This document shows, piece by piece, positions 36,844-47,008 of a stretch of 64,000 nucleotides of DNA (position 1 is the first letter of the stretch; each line of letters starts with the position of its first letter). The stretch comes from Trueperaceae bacterium (lineage in GTDB: Bacteria > Deinococcota > Deinococci > Deinococcales > Trueperaceae). The translations under genes were made by a program, and so were the position numbers. The notes under the pieces are model-generated. The model was not told the origin of the DNA. It saw only the letters and a program-made list of their open reading frames with translations, and searched no databases. The DNA is taken from assembly GCA_965213705.1 (NCBI GenBank), contig OZ243913.1:2400001-2464000 (forward strand). The letters are read 5' to 3'.

Positions 36844-37329
36844 TTCGCTCACCACCTCGAGCCGCACCCGTTGGTGTTCGGCCACGGCGCTCAGCGAGTA
36901 CAGTTTGCCCCCGACGATTAACCGGTGGTTTACCGCCTTGGAGCCGACCCGCAGAAAGTAAGCGTTGCCGGGAACGGGTTCGTCGATGCCCCGAATCCAG
37001 TAGCCATGCGCGCCGTCACTCGTGACGACGCCCCGCCCTGGAATGTGGCCGAGCCCGGCGTCGAACGCTTGAGTGTGCGAGGCGGTCAGGACCATGCGTT
37101 CACCGTCGTAAAAATAATAGTCGTCGACCAAAATACCGGTGACCGAGTGGTTCCACTCGACGACCCAGGCGTAAGGAGGTGTGAGCGCGATGTCGTAGAG
37201 AACCGCGCCGTCGTCGGCCCTCACGCGCAAGTGCGGCGTGGCAACAGCGCCGGCGGTCGTCAGCATAAAAACCGTCAGCAGCAAAAGGAGCAAGCCGCTA
37301 AGCTTGCTCCCTTGAAACGGCATTTTCAT
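36823..37329 (-). CDS. DUF1850 domain protein
   Basis: W.HSV and F.AGLG motifs; lies between TAXI and the fused permease. Confidence 0.8.
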   Translation of the reverse strand: MKMPFQGSKLSGLLLLLLTVFMLTTAGAVATPHLRVRADDGAVLYDIALTPPYAWVVEWNHSVTGILVDDYYFYDGERMVLTASHTQAFDAGLGHIPGRGVVTSDGAHGYWIRGIDEPVPGNAYFLRVGSKAVNHRLIVGGKLYSLSAVAEHQRVRLEVVSEKVPRTE

Positions 37330-37336
37330 TCTAAGT

Positions 37337-38320
37337 CTAGTTTCCCGTCATCAGGCGGTCGGGAATGGTCATGCCCTGCTCCTCGTAGTAGCGCAGCGCG
37401 CCGGGGTGCAAGGGAATGGGGGTGGACTCCAAGCTGAACTCGGGCGTGGTGTCTTTCGCCGACGGGTGAACCGCGATGACCTCGTCGATGTGGTCGTAGA
37501 TTGTCTTGATGAGGGTGTAGGCGAGTTCTTCGTCCATCTCGGCCCCCACTACGATGACGTTGGGCGTGCCCACGGTCGTGACGTCCGCGTCCTGGCCGGG
37601 ATAAAGGCCACTCGCGATGGTATAGCTTGCAAAAGTCGGGTCGGCGTCGATGCTCGCTTGCACCTCTTCCTCAGTCAGGGAGATGAGCACGACGTCGCGG
37701 GTGGTGGCGAGGTCGAGAAGCGAACTCGTCGGCGGCCCGACGCTCAAGAAGCCGGCGTCGAGCTGGCCGTCGCGCAGGGCGTCGGCGGTCTCGTTGAAGT
37801 TTAAGCGTTGCGCATTGATGTCGTCGTAGGTGATGCCGTTGGCGTTCAGGATGGTCTGCGCCGAAACTTCGGTGCCGCTGCCCGGCGCACCCACCGAGAT
37901 GCGCTTGCCCTGCAAGTCCTGCAGTGTGGTGATGCCCGAGCCTGCAAGCGCGACGATGTGAACGGCGTTCGGATAAGCCGAGCCGAGCGCGCGCAGGTTT
38001 TCAAGCGCGCCGGGCCGACCGTCCTGCCCGTCGAACGCGCCGGTGCCCGTGTAGGCCTGGTACACGGTGTCGGCCAGCGCGAGCGCGATGTCCGAGTCCC
38101 CTCGAGAAATTAAGCCCACGTTCTCGACCGACGCGCCGGTCACCTCGGCGACCGCCGTGTAGCCGTCCATGTACTTGTTGACGAGTTCGGCGTAAGCGCC
38201 GCCGGTCGGGTAGTACACCCCGCCGGTGCCGCCCGTGGCGATGGACAACTCGCCCTGGGCGAGAGCGCCCCCCAAAAGCAACGTGACGACGGAAACCAGT
38301 ACTGTGCGTGTAAAACGCAT
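37337..38320 (-). CDS. TAXI family TRAP solute-binding protein
   Basis: IATGGTGGVYYP, TGASVEN, GAPGSGT and PLHPGA.RYY motifs. Confidence 0.93.
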   Translation of the reverse strand: MRFTRTVLVSVVTLLLGGALAQGELSIATGGTGGVYYPTGGAYAELVNKYMDGYTAVAEVTGASVENVGLISRGDSDIALALADTVYQAYTGTGAFDGQDGRPGALENLRALGSAYPNAVHIVALAGSGITTLQDLQGKRISVGAPGSGTEVSAQTILNANGITYDDINAQRLNFNETADALRDGQLDAGFLSVGPPTSSLLDLATTRDVVLISLTEEEVQASIDADPTFASYTIASGLYPGQDADVTTVGTPNVIVVGAEMDEELAYTLIKTIYDHIDEVIAVHPSAKDTTPEFSLESTPIPLHPGALRYYEEQGMTIPDRLMTGN

Positions 38321-38508
38321 TGTTACCTCCTTTGCTTGGTTTGCTCGACTATACCAGACCCACGTGACGAGTGGGGGATGCCGTTTTAACCTTTTGCACA
38401 GACTCGGCCCCGCGTTGGCCCGGCAAAGGTGACAGTTTCCCCACGGACTCGCTGTTTTTCGTGCTACTTTGCTCGAGACTGTTCGCACCGCCGACCGAGG
38501 TAACGCCT

Positions 38509-38844
38509 ATGTCCCCAAAAACCGAGTTTCGACAAACCGAGCCCCGACAAACCGAGCCCCGACAAACCAAACAAACCCCGATTTCGCGCAAGTACGACAC
38601 GCCTGCGATAAACGAACTGTTGCTGCGGATTTTCGGCGAAGAACACCGGCGCCTCATCCACGCTACCTTGGCCGATTTGGACGCAGAATACCCACAGGGA
38701 GCCGGTTCGGGCGTTGCCAAACAAACGCAGACGCCGGCGCCGACGGTAGCGGAGACCCGCACCCGCCCCGACCCTTTCGAAACCATCGGCGCGGAACTGT
38801 TGCGCGAAGAGCGGTTGGACTTTCTCGAGGCGTTCAAACGCTAG
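38509..38844 (+). CDS. Hypothetical protein with RQTEP repeats
   Basis: GAGG RBS and ATG; 15-bp tandem repeats at the 5' end; no family recognised. Confidence 0.5.
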   Translation: MSPKTEFRQTEPRQTEPRQTKQTPISRKYDTPAINELLLRIFGEEHRRLIHATLADLDAEYPQGAGSGVAKQTQTPAPTVAETRTRPDPFETIGAELLREERLDFLEAFKR

Positions 38845-39241
38845 AATCTAAGGCAAAAGAAGGGTAGGTTTTTCGAGCGTGTTTCGACGTCTGGCTAGCC
38901 CCTTTCGTTCGCGAAAGGTACCGACTCGTTCCAGCTTCGCCGGACTTCGGCGTTGAGCCACGACCAAAAAGTCTAAAGCTTGTACGGATTCCGATAAGAC
39001 AGCTAACAAACCTAGCAAGAGTTGTTCGCTTCCTTCGGAACCCGTGTCTTCTTGCTACGCTCTTTTTAACCAAGGTCATGAACCGGATAGGGTACAAGGC
39101 TTGGCACGCCGCGAGCCTTGCCGCTCTCAAACTCCCGCTCCGCAAACGATTCGAGATACACTGTTCAGCACAGCCGACCGAACGCGTGACCCCAAACACC
39201 GTGTTCGGCAGGAATAGTGTGCAGTCGGTAGGGAGGACGTT

Positions 39242-39709
39242 TTGATCGAGCCTGCAACGTTTCGGGCGGCCTTGGGCCGTTTTGCCAGCGGCGTCACCGT
39301 CGTGACGACAACTATGGACGACGAGGTTTACGGCATGACGGCGAGTGCCTTCTTGTCGGTTTCCCTGAAACCGCCGCTCGTGCTCGTGTCGGTCGACCGG
39401 CACGCGCACATGCACGCGTATCTCAAACAAACCAGGCGCTACGGCGTCAGCGTGTTGGGCGCTGAGCAGACCGTCCACTCCAACCACTTCGCGGGTTGGG
39501 AACAGCCGGGCTTCGCGCCGGAATTTCGCCGGCTGGACGGCGTGCCGGTGCTGGCCGGAGCCATCAGCACGCTCGCCGTAAGTGTCGTCGCCGTCCACGA
39601 GGCGGGCGACCACAGCCTGTTCGTCGGTGAGGTCACCGAGCTGAATTACACCGACGACGCACCGCTGCTTTACTTCGTCGGCAAGTACGGCGGGCTGCAG
39701 CCCGGGTAG
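39242..39709 (+). CDS. Flavin reductase family protein
   Basis: FR.ALGRFASGVTVVT, SVSL.PPLV, AGDH and PLLYF motifs. Confidence 0.92.
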   Translation: MIEPATFRAALGRFASGVTVVTTTMDDEVYGMTASAFLSVSLKPPLVLVSVDRHAHMHAYLKQTRRYGVSVLGAEQTVHSNHFAGWEQPGFAPEFRRLDGVPVLAGAISTLAVSVVAVHEAGDHSLFVGEVTELNYTDDAPLLYFVGKYGGLQPG

Positions 39710-39715
39710 GGCGTG

Positions 39716-41182
39716 CTAGCCGAGGTTCACGCCCGCCAGCCTTGCGAACAACGGTTGCAGCGCCGGATAAGCTGCGCGAAAAAGTTTGTATTTTTCCCCG
39801 TAACGGGCGGTGTCGCCGGGCTGCCAAACGTTTTTGACGGCGGGCTCGACGGTGTAGGGCTCGACGGTGTAGTCTGCCGCATCCCCGCGCGCCACCTGCG
39901 CGGCGCGCACGGCCCCCTTAGCAGGCGTTGTGGCCGCCTCGGCCAGCACCTCGACCGGCACGCCCGTCACGTCGGCGAACAGTTGACAGAACGGGTTCGA
40001 CCCCGTGCCGCCACCCGTGAGGGTCAGCGCGGTGACGGCGTCCGGCACGAGCGCGTCGAGCGCGTGTTTGTAGGCGAACGCGACGCCCTCGAGCACCGCT
40101 CGAGCCAAGTCGTCCTGGGTGTGCTCGGGCGCTAAACCGACGAACGCGGCGCGCGCGAACGGGTCGCTGAAGGGGGAACGCTCCCCGTTTAAGTAAGGCA
40201 GGTAAAGAAGCTTGCTCGGCGGCCGGGCCAGGGCTCGAGCCACCATCTCGCCTGTATCCGCCGCGCCGAACAGCCCCTGCAGCCACGCCCAGTTGCCGCC
40301 CGCCGTCAGCAGCGGGGCGACGCAGACGAACAAACCTGAATTGGGGTGCGCCAACGTAATCACGCCCCGCCCGGGCGCGCCGCGGGCGGCCGAACTGTAG
40401 GCGACCCAGCCGCTCGTGCCGACGTAGGCGTAGGTTTTGCCCGGCACGCCGCAGCCCGCGCCCAAGGTCGTCGCGCCCGCGTCGCCCGGCCCTAAATGGA
40501 CGGGAATACCCGCCCTCACGCCCAGCGCCGCCGCACCGTCTTCGCTCAGCCACCCGACCTCCGCACCGCCTTTCACCAGCTTCGGCAACAGCCGGGCGAC
40601 GTTGAGTGCGTACACTTTTTCGAGGTCGAGCCAGTCACGTTGTTCCAGGTCGAGGAGGCCCGTGCTCGAGGCGTTCGTCGTGTCGCACACGGCTTGCCCG
40701 GTCAGTTTGAACGCTAAGTAGTCCGCCGCGCCGAGGAGGATTTGGCGGGCGCTTGCCAGGGTGGCGGCTTCATGCTGCTCGAGCCAGTGCAACTTCGCCG
40801 CCAGGCTTCCGGCTTCTTGGTCGTTGCCGGTCAGCTTCCGCAGCCGGTCGCGGCCGACGTGGTCGTTCAGCTCGGTTGCCTCGGCGTGGGCGCGGGTATC
40901 GCTGTAGAGGAGGACGGGGCGTAAAGGTTCACCGTCCGCAGACAACAAAATGAGGTTTTGCATCTGGCCGGTCAGGGCCACGGCGTCGGCGCTGTGAGCG
41001 CGGAGTTCACGGGCGGCCTCGCACGCCGCGCGCCACCAGTCGTCCGCGTCTTGTTCGACCCGGCCGTTGTCAAACGTACGTGTGGGGTAGGACCGGTAGG
41101 CCGCCTGCAAAACGGCGCCGCCCTCGTCCGTCAGCACCGCCTTGGTGCCGGTGGTGCCCACGTCGAAAACGAGGTAAGTCAC
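39716..41182 (-). CDS. FGGY family carbohydrate kinase (xylulokinase-like)
   Basis: DVGTTGTK, TGQMQ, PYLNGERSP, AVLEGVAF and GGG motifs. Confidence 0.9.
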   Translation of the reverse strand: MTYLVFDVGTTGTKAVLTDEGGAVLQAAYRSYPTRTFDNGRVEQDADDWWRAACEAARELRAHSADAVALTGQMQNLILLSADGEPLRPVLLYSDTRAHAEATELNDHVGRDRLRKLTGNDQEAGSLAAKLHWLEQHEAATLASARQILLGAADYLAFKLTGQAVCDTTNASSTGLLDLEQRDWLDLEKVYALNVARLLPKLVKGGAEVGWLSEDGAAALGVRAGIPVHLGPGDAGATTLGAGCGVPGKTYAYVGTSGWVAYSSAARGAPGRGVITLAHPNSGLFVCVAPLLTAGGNWAWLQGLFGAADTGEMVARALARPPSKLLYLPYLNGERSPFSDPFARAAFVGLAPEHTQDDLARAVLEGVAFAYKHALDALVPDAVTALTLTGGGTGSNPFCQLFADVTGVPVEVLAEAATTPAKGAVRAAQVARGDAADYTVEPYTVEPAVKNVWQPGDTARYGEKYKLFRAAYPALQPLFARLAGVNLG

Positions 41183-41183
41183 G

Positions 41184-42176
41184 TTACCGCCGCTGCCCCA
41201 AACTGCTCCACGCCACCGCCGCGATGATGATGGCGCCGACCAACATCTCGCGCACGTAGCTGTCGACGCGCAGTTGGGTCAGGCCGTTGTCGAGGACGCC
41301 CAAAATCAGCACGCCCAGCAAGGTGCCGAGCACGTGCGGCTCACCTTCTTCGCTCATCGTCATGCCCAAAAACACGGCGGCGATGGCGTCGAGCATCAAA
41401 CCGGCACCCTGCGTGGGGTTGGCCGAGGCGACCCGGCTCGCGTACATCACCCCGCCGACGGCCGCGCCCAAACCGGTCAGCGCGAAAGCGGCCAAGCGCA
41501 GCGGCCGCACCCGCACGCCCGCCAAGCGCGCCGCCTCGGGGTTGCCGCCGATGGCGTAGAGCCGCCGCCCGAAAACGGTGTGCCCCAACAGCAGCCATAC
41601 CACCAGGAGCACCCCCAGGGCGACCAGCGTGAGGTTCGGCAGCAGCAGCGCCCGCCCACCGACTTCGCCCAGGGGCAAACCGCCCCGCGCGAAGTCGCCG
41701 AACGTGGCCGGGATGTCGCGGCCGAACAGGGTTTTGCCGCCGCTGACAAAAAAAGCCACCCCGCTGAACATCGTCAGTGTGCCGAGCGTGGCGACGAACG
41801 GCAAAATTCCCACGTAGCTCACCAGCAGCCCGTTGAACAGCCCCGCCAGCAGCCCGACGGCCAGGGCGCAACTCACGCCCAGGGCCACACTGTGACCGTC
41901 CCGAAACAGCAGCGCCGCAGTGACGCCCGCCAAACTCGCCACCGAGCCGACGCTGAGGTCGAAGTCGCCCATCACCATCACCACGGTCATGGTAAAGGCG
42001 ACGACCGCCAACATACTGACCTGTTGCGAAATGTTGAGCCAGTTGCGCAGGTTCATAAAGGTGCCCGGCGTGTTGACCCAAAAAAAGACGACGACGGCGA
42101 GAAAGCCCAGCAGCGTGCTAGAACGGCGCAACGCGCCGAACCAAGGCGGTCGGTGTTTGAGGGTGGAACGGGCCAT
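41184..42176 (-). CDS. Sugar ABC transporter permease (RbsC-like)
   Basis: DLSVGS, PFVATLG and YAIGGN.EAARL.G motifs. Confidence 0.9.
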   Translation of the reverse strand: MARSTLKHRPPWFGALRRSSTLLGFLAVVVFFWVNTPGTFMNLRNWLNISQQVSMLAVVAFTMTVVMVMGDFDLSVGSVASLAGVTAALLFRDGHSVALGVSCALAVGLLAGLFNGLLVSYVGILPFVATLGTLTMFSGVAFFVSGGKTLFGRDIPATFGDFARGGLPLGEVGGRALLLPNLTLVALGVLLVVWLLLGHTVFGRRLYAIGGNPEAARLAGVRVRPLRLAAFALTGLGAAVGGVMYASRVASANPTQGAGLMLDAIAAVFLGMTMSEEGEPHVLGTLLGVLILGVLDNGLTQLRVDSYVREMLVGAIIIAAVAWSSLGQRR

Positions 42177-42188
42177 GTCTACTCCGGT

Positions 42189-43709
42189 TTAAGCTGGGGT
42201 GCTCGAGTCCCGCTCACCGTAACACAAGCTCAGCAGCGCGTCCTGCGTCAGTCCGGCCGCACTGATGAGGGCGGCTTGGCGGCCCCCCACCAACACCAAC
42301 ACCCGGTCGCAGAGACTCACCACCTCGCCTAAGTCGGACGAAACCAAGACGATGCCCACGCCGTCCGCGCTCAACCCGCGCACGAGAGTGTAGATGTCGT
42401 ACTTTGCGCCCACGTCCACGCCGCGGGTGGGCTCGTCCAGCAGCAGCGCGCGCGGCGCGCCCGCCATCGCGCGGGCGAACAGCACCTTTTGCTGGTTGCC
42501 GCCACTGAGTTGCCGTACGGTTTGCTGCGGCCCCGTGGCCTTGAGGCGCACGCTTTCTCCCAAGCTGCGGGTCAGACGTTTTTCTTTAGAGCGATTTAAA
42601 AACACACCGCCACGACTTACAGCTCCCAAGTATGGCAGCGTGACGTTGTCGCGCACGCTCCGCGACAGCACCAACCCCTGGGCGCGCCGCTCCTCGGGCA
42701 CGAGCGCGACGCCCCTGGCCCAGCTTCGCGCCACGTCGGGTTTGAGGCGCTGGCCCGCTAAGATGACCTCGCCCGTCACGGTGGCCGCGCCCACCAGCGC
42801 GTGCAACAGCTCGCTGCGGCCCGACCCCGCCAAGCCCGCCACGCCCAGGATTTCGCCCGCGCGCAGGCTGAAGTTTACGCCCTGCACCAGGCCGCTCTCG
42901 AGCCCGCGCACCGCCAAGACGGTCTCGGTACCCACTTTGTTCACACGCGGCGGGTAGGTCTGCGTAACTTCGCGCCCGGTCATAAGTCGGATGACGTCGC
43001 CCGGCGTCGTGTCGGGAACTTTGAGCGTCGCCAGCGTGCGCCCGTCGCGCATCACCGTCACGCGGTCACAAATTTCGAACACCTCGTCCAGCCGGTGAGA
43101 CACGTACAAAACCGCGCAGCCCGTTCGGGCGAGCCGCCGCAACACCCGAAACAGCCGTTCGGCTTCCGCACCGGTCAGGGCGGCGGTGGGTTCGTCCAGC
43201 ACGTACACGCTTCCAGGTGCGCCGGTGGACGGCAGCAGCGCGCTCGCCAACTTGACGAGCATCCGGTCGCCGGTGCCGAGCCTCGCCATGCGGGTGCTCG
43301 GGGCGATGTGCGTGACCTCAAGTTCGGCCAACGCCGACCGCGCCGCCGCGTTGAGCTTGCGCCAGTCGACGAACATCCCGGCGCGGCGCGGGTAGGGCTC
43401 GGCGATAAAGACGTTCTCGGCGACCGAGAGCTGCGGCACCACGTCGAGTTCTTGGTGAATAAAGCGAAACCCGTGTCGAAACGCTTCCCCTGCGTGCAAA
43501 CTCAGCGGCTCGCCGCGCAGCGACGCCTGGGCGCTGTCCGGCTCGGTCACGCCCGCCAAAATCTTGATGAGCGTGCTTTTGCCCGCCCCGTTCTCGCCCA
43601 TGAGCGCGTGGATTTCGCCCGCGCGCAGCTCGAGGGCCGCGCCGTTCAGCACGAGGCTGGGACCGTAGCGCTTGGTCACGCCCTTCAAGCTCAGGAGCGG
43701 GTCAGGCAC
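42189..43709 (-). CDS. Sugar ABC transporter ATP-binding protein (RbsA-like)
   Basis: GENGAGKST, LSGGNQQK and DEPTRGVDVGAK motifs. Confidence 0.92.
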   Translation of the reverse strand: MPDPLLSLKGVTKRYGPSLVLNGAALELRAGEIHALMGENGAGKSTLIKILAGVTEPDSAQASLRGEPLSLHAGEAFRHGFRFIHQELDVVPQLSVAENVFIAEPYPRRAGMFVDWRKLNAAARSALAELEVTHIAPSTRMARLGTGDRMLVKLASALLPSTGAPGSVYVLDEPTAALTGAEAERLFRVLRRLARTGCAVLYVSHRLDEVFEICDRVTVMRDGRTLATLKVPDTTPGDVIRLMTGREVTQTYPPRVNKVGTETVLAVRGLESGLVQGVNFSLRAGEILGVAGLAGSGRSELLHALVGAATVTGEVILAGQRLKPDVARSWARGVALVPEERRAQGLVLSRSVRDNVTLPYLGAVSRGGVFLNRSKEKRLTRSLGESVRLKATGPQQTVRQLSGGNQQKVLFARAMAGAPRALLLDEPTRGVDVGAKYDIYTLVRGLSADGVGIVLVSSDLGEVVSLCDRVLVLVGGRQAALISAAGLTQDALLSLCYGERDSSTPA

Positions 43710-43893
43710 GGCAGAGCCCAGGCGTCAGCATTCAGAAGTCGGTAGGGTGTCGCTCAGACGAATCAGACAAAAACGTCTCCGAGGTCGGTGAGAGCTGGGC
43801 TCGAGCGGGTCAACGTTCAAAGTTCTGAGGCCGCCTCTACAAACTTTCCCAAGGTCCAAGAAACGTTTTCGAGGAGAGTTTGGATGTCGAGGA

Positions 43894-44808
43894 CTACTGA
43901 CCGCCGAACTCGGCCACGTTGGCCGCGGTGACCAGTTGCGTCGGCACGTAAACAACCCGCTGCGTTACCTCTTCGCCCGCCAGGTGACGCGCCACCAGGT
44001 CGGCCGTAGCGTTGCCGATGCCGGTAAAGTCCTGCGCGACCGACGCTTTGAAGTTGCCGCCCGCGGCAATCGCGTCGACGGCTTGCGGGTTGGCGTCGAT
44101 GCCGACGACGACGATGCCCTCGCCGTCACGACCCGCCGCTTCGATGGCCTGGAGCGCGCCGAGTGCGGGCTGGTCCCAGGCGGCCCACACCGCCGAGAGG
44201 CTGCCCGGCTCGGGGTTGGCGGCCAAGACGGCCTCCATCTGCGCCCTCGAGTCGGCAATCCCGCCGTCGTCCACGTTCGGGGTGATGCGCTCAACGACCT
44301 CGATGTCCGGGTTGTTGCCGAACACCGCCTCGGCGACCACGCCGCGCTTTTGCACGGGCGGGTAGGGGTCGAACACGAACATCACCACGCGGCCCGCGCC
44401 GTGAATGCGGTCGACCACGTAAGTCGCCGTCTCGGTCGCCATCGCGTAGCCGTTGCTGGTGACGTTGGCGACGAGTCCTGGGTCGGTGCCCGCGTCCATT
44501 CCGAACACCGGCACGCCCGCGGCGGCGGCCGCTTGCAAACCGGCCCCGATTTGCGCCGGGTCGACGTTGACGACGACGGCGTCCACGCCTTGGTTGACCA
44601 CGTCCTCGATGCGGCTGATAACCGCCGCCACGTCGCCCGAGGTGTCGATGACGTTGACCGTCCAGCCCTGTGCCTGCCCTGCCGCCTCAAAGGCCTCGAC
44701 CATAAACTGCGTGCCGGGTTGCGCCAGGTACGGCGTGACGACCGCGACGTTGGTTTGGGCGAGACTCGCACTCAGGGAAAAAATGACGAAGAAAAAAAGG
44801 CGCTTCAT
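43894..44808 (-). CDS. Sugar ABC transporter substrate-binding protein
   Basis: Signal peptide; periplasmic binding protein type I pattern (WD..ALGA, VVGID, ASVAQ). Confidence 0.88.
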   Translation of the reverse strand: MKRLFFFVIFSLSASLAQTNVAVVTPYLAQPGTQFMVEAFEAAGQAQGWTVNVIDTSGDVAAVISRIEDVVNQGVDAVVVNVDPAQIGAGLQAAAAAGVPVFGMDAGTDPGLVANVTSNGYAMATETATYVVDRIHGAGRVVMFVFDPYPPVQKRGVVAEAVFGNNPDIEVVERITPNVDDGGIADSRAQMEAVLAANPEPGSLSAVWAAWDQPALGALQAIEAAGRDGEGIVVVGIDANPQAVDAIAAGGNFKASVAQDFTGIGNATADLVARHLAGEEVTQRVVYVPTQLVTAANVAEFGGQ

Positions 44809-44888
44809 AAAAAACTCCTGTTCTGAATGGGGTTTGAGTAAGGGAGTAGAGTCAGCGGCTTTTATTTACCCCAACACTCTCTACCTCG

Positions 44889-45599
44889 TTACTCGACGAC
44901 CTCGAATACGAAGTCGGGGCGGGTGAAGGCGTCCAGGCCGACGTCCGCGTAGACGGCTTGCGGAATACCGACGTCGCCGACGAAGACGCGGCCCGCCTGC
45001 GAGCCCGGTTTGACGCCTTGTTTGGGCAGGGCGAGGGCCAAAGTCATGGTCGCCGCCACCACGTCGCCGGGCACGGTGCCGTCGTCGGCCATCATGCCGG
45101 TCGGCGCGTCGAGCGAGATGACGCAACAGCCCTCGCCCATCGAGTTCAAGACCGTAATCACGTCGAGGGTGCGGCCCCGCGGCGGCCCCTCCAGTTGCGT
45201 GCCGATGGCCGCGTCGACGACGCAGGCGAACTTCATTTTGGGTAGACCGCTGCGCACCCGAATGTTGGGAAAGTGTTTGAGGAACTCGAGCTGTTCTTTC
45301 GGCGTGCCCGAATAGTTTTCGGCTTCGTGGGTCGGCACCACCCAGACTTGGCGGCCGATGCCGGCCAAAAGCCGCGCCGCCGCCAAACCGCCGCTGCCGT
45401 TGTTGCCGCGCCCGGCGACGACCAGCACGGGGCCGTCGGGCGCGTACTTACTCGCCATTTCGGCCAAGTTGCGGCCCGCGTGTTCGACGACCAAACGGCT
45501 GTCGAGCCCGTACTTGCCGGTCGCCAACATGACAAGTTGCTGCATCTGCGAGCTGCTGATTTTGGGAACGTCGGCCCACGAAACGGTGGGAAGGGTCAT
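44889..45599 (-). CDS. NAD(P)H-hydrate epimerase-like protein (YjeF N-terminal domain)
   Basis: E.AG, G.GNNG.GL.AAR.L, VDA..G and SLD.PTG motifs. Confidence 0.8.
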   Translation of the reverse strand: MTLPTVSWADVPKISSSQMQQLVMLATGKYGLDSRLVVEHAGRNLAEMASKYAPDGPVLVVAGRGNNGSGGLAAARLLAGIGRQVWVVPTHEAENYSGTPKEQLEFLKHFPNIRVRSGLPKMKFACVVDAAIGTQLEGPPRGRTLDVITVLNSMGEGCCVISLDAPTGMMADDGTVPGDVVAATMTLALALPKQGVKPGSQAGRVFVGDVGIPQAVYADVGLDAFTRPDFVFEVVE

Positions 45600-45613
45600 A
45601 GCTTGCCTTTCAC

Positions 45614-46357
45614 TTAGCGAACAGCTTCCGTCGCCTGCGCGCCTGCGGCGTCCAGGGCGGCGGTCGAGTAAACGTTTTGCACGTCGTCTAGGTCTTCCAA
45701 AGCTTCAACAAAACGCACGACTTTGTCCTCTTCGGCCGTCGACAAACTCGTTTCGGTTTGAGCTACTTTGGTGAGTTGGCTCAGTTCGGGTTCCAGGCCT
45801 CGAGCCTGCAGCGCGTCGATGACCGAATAGAGTTGCGTTGCTTCGGTATATACCGTCAGCGCGTCGTCTTCCAGAACGAGGTCTTCGGCCCCGACTTCGA
45901 TAGCCGCTTCTTGCGCCGCATAACTCGTGTCGGCGAGCACGACGACGCCTTTGGTCTCGAACTGCCAAGCGGTGCTGCCCGACATGTTGCCCCCGTGTTT
46001 GCTGAACACGTAGCGCACCTCGGCAGCGGTGCGGTTGCGGTTGTCGGTCAGAGCTTCTACCAAGACCGCCACGCCCGCCGGGCCGTAGCCTTCATACACC
46101 ACGCTTTCAAAGTTGCTGCCTTCGGCTCCCCCGAGCGCACGCTCGATTGCCCGGTCGATGTTGTCGACCGGCACGTTGTCGCTTTTGGCTGCTAACAGCG
46201 CGTTTTTTAGGGGCAGGTTGTGCGCGGGGTCGCCGCCGCCCCCTTCGCGCACGGCGCTCTGGACGGCGCGCACGTGTTTGCTGATGGCTTTGCCGCGTTG
46301 GTTGTCGTTGACAGCTTTTTTGCGTTTGATTTGTGACCACTTGTTGTGCCCGGCCAA
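45614..46357 (-). CDS. YebC/PmpR family protein
   Basis: AGHNKW..IK..K, YEGYGP.G, TDN.NRT and DDVQNVY motifs; TTG start. Confidence 0.95.
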   Translation of the reverse strand: MAGHNKWSQIKRKKAVNDNQRGKAISKHVRAVQSAVREGGGGDPAHNLPLKNALLAAKSDNVPVDNIDRAIERALGGAEGSNFESVVYEGYGPAGVAVLVEALTDNRNRTAAEVRYVFSKHGGNMSGSTAWQFETKGVVVLADTSYAAQEAAIEVGAEDLVLEDDALTVYTEATQLYSVIDALQARGLEPELSQLTKVAQTETSLSTAEEDKVVRFVEALEDLDDVQNVYSTAALDAAGAQATEAVR

Positions 46358-46498
46358 GACTGAAACCCTCCCTCTAGCTACCCAAAAACCTACTGTGAGC
46401 CATTTTACCGTATATGTGCGCGGGCTGTCGCACGAGTAAGGACAGGCACGTGTGCCTGTCCCGGTGTTTGTATGTTTGAAACGAGTTCTGAGCGGGCG

Positions 46499-47008
46499 TT
46501 ACTGGATGTAGAACTGCGTCTCGGCGATGTCCCTGACGTCGTAGTCGCTCACCTCGGTGACGATGCTCTGGGTCCAACGACCCTCGCCCAAGGCACCCCG
46601 GTAAGTGACGCGCCCGCTCGTGGGGCGGGGCGTGAACGAGGCGCGCACGCGCTGCAACCCGCGCGGCGGCAACAGTGAAAAAACACTGCCGTCGTCCGGC
46701 CCGGAGACAAGGTTGGTTCGTCCACCCCGCACGTAGACGTTGCGTGCGAAGGTGTAGACGGCGCCGTCGGGGTCGAGGGCGGTCAGGGTCAAGTAGCCGT
46801 CTTGGGTCGTGAACACCCGAAACGAAATGTTTTCACCCACGAAGTAGCCGGCGCCCGCGCCGCGCGCAGGTTCAAACACCCGAATGACGTCGCTGACTTC
46901 GATGCCGAAGCGCACCGTGCCCCGAGTCCCGACCGAACCCGGCGACACATAAACGGCGCAGCTCGTCAACAGCAGTCCTAAACTTAGCGCGAGAAAAAGT
47001 TTTTTCAC
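46499..47008 (-). CDS. Lipoprotein, DUF4384-like
   Basis: Lipobox LTSC; Y.VGE.I.F...DGYL.L..DPDG...PP.G pattern. Confidence 0.65.
   Translation of the reverse strand: MKKLFLALSLGLLLTSCAVYVSPGSVGTRGTVRFGIEVSDVIRVFEPARGAGAGYFVGENISFRVFTTQDGYLTLTALDPDGAVYTFARNVYVRGGRTNLVSGPDDGSVFSLLPPRGLQRVRASFTPRPTSGRVTYRGALGEGRWTQSIVTEVSDYDVRDIAETQFYIQ

Noticed and set aside
38845..39240. tmRNA, suggested by TTTCGAC, a TACGCTCTT (YAL) stretch and smpB in the window
   Set aside because: No GGGG 5' acceptor strand, no T-arm or CCA end, and no stop after the would-be tag.
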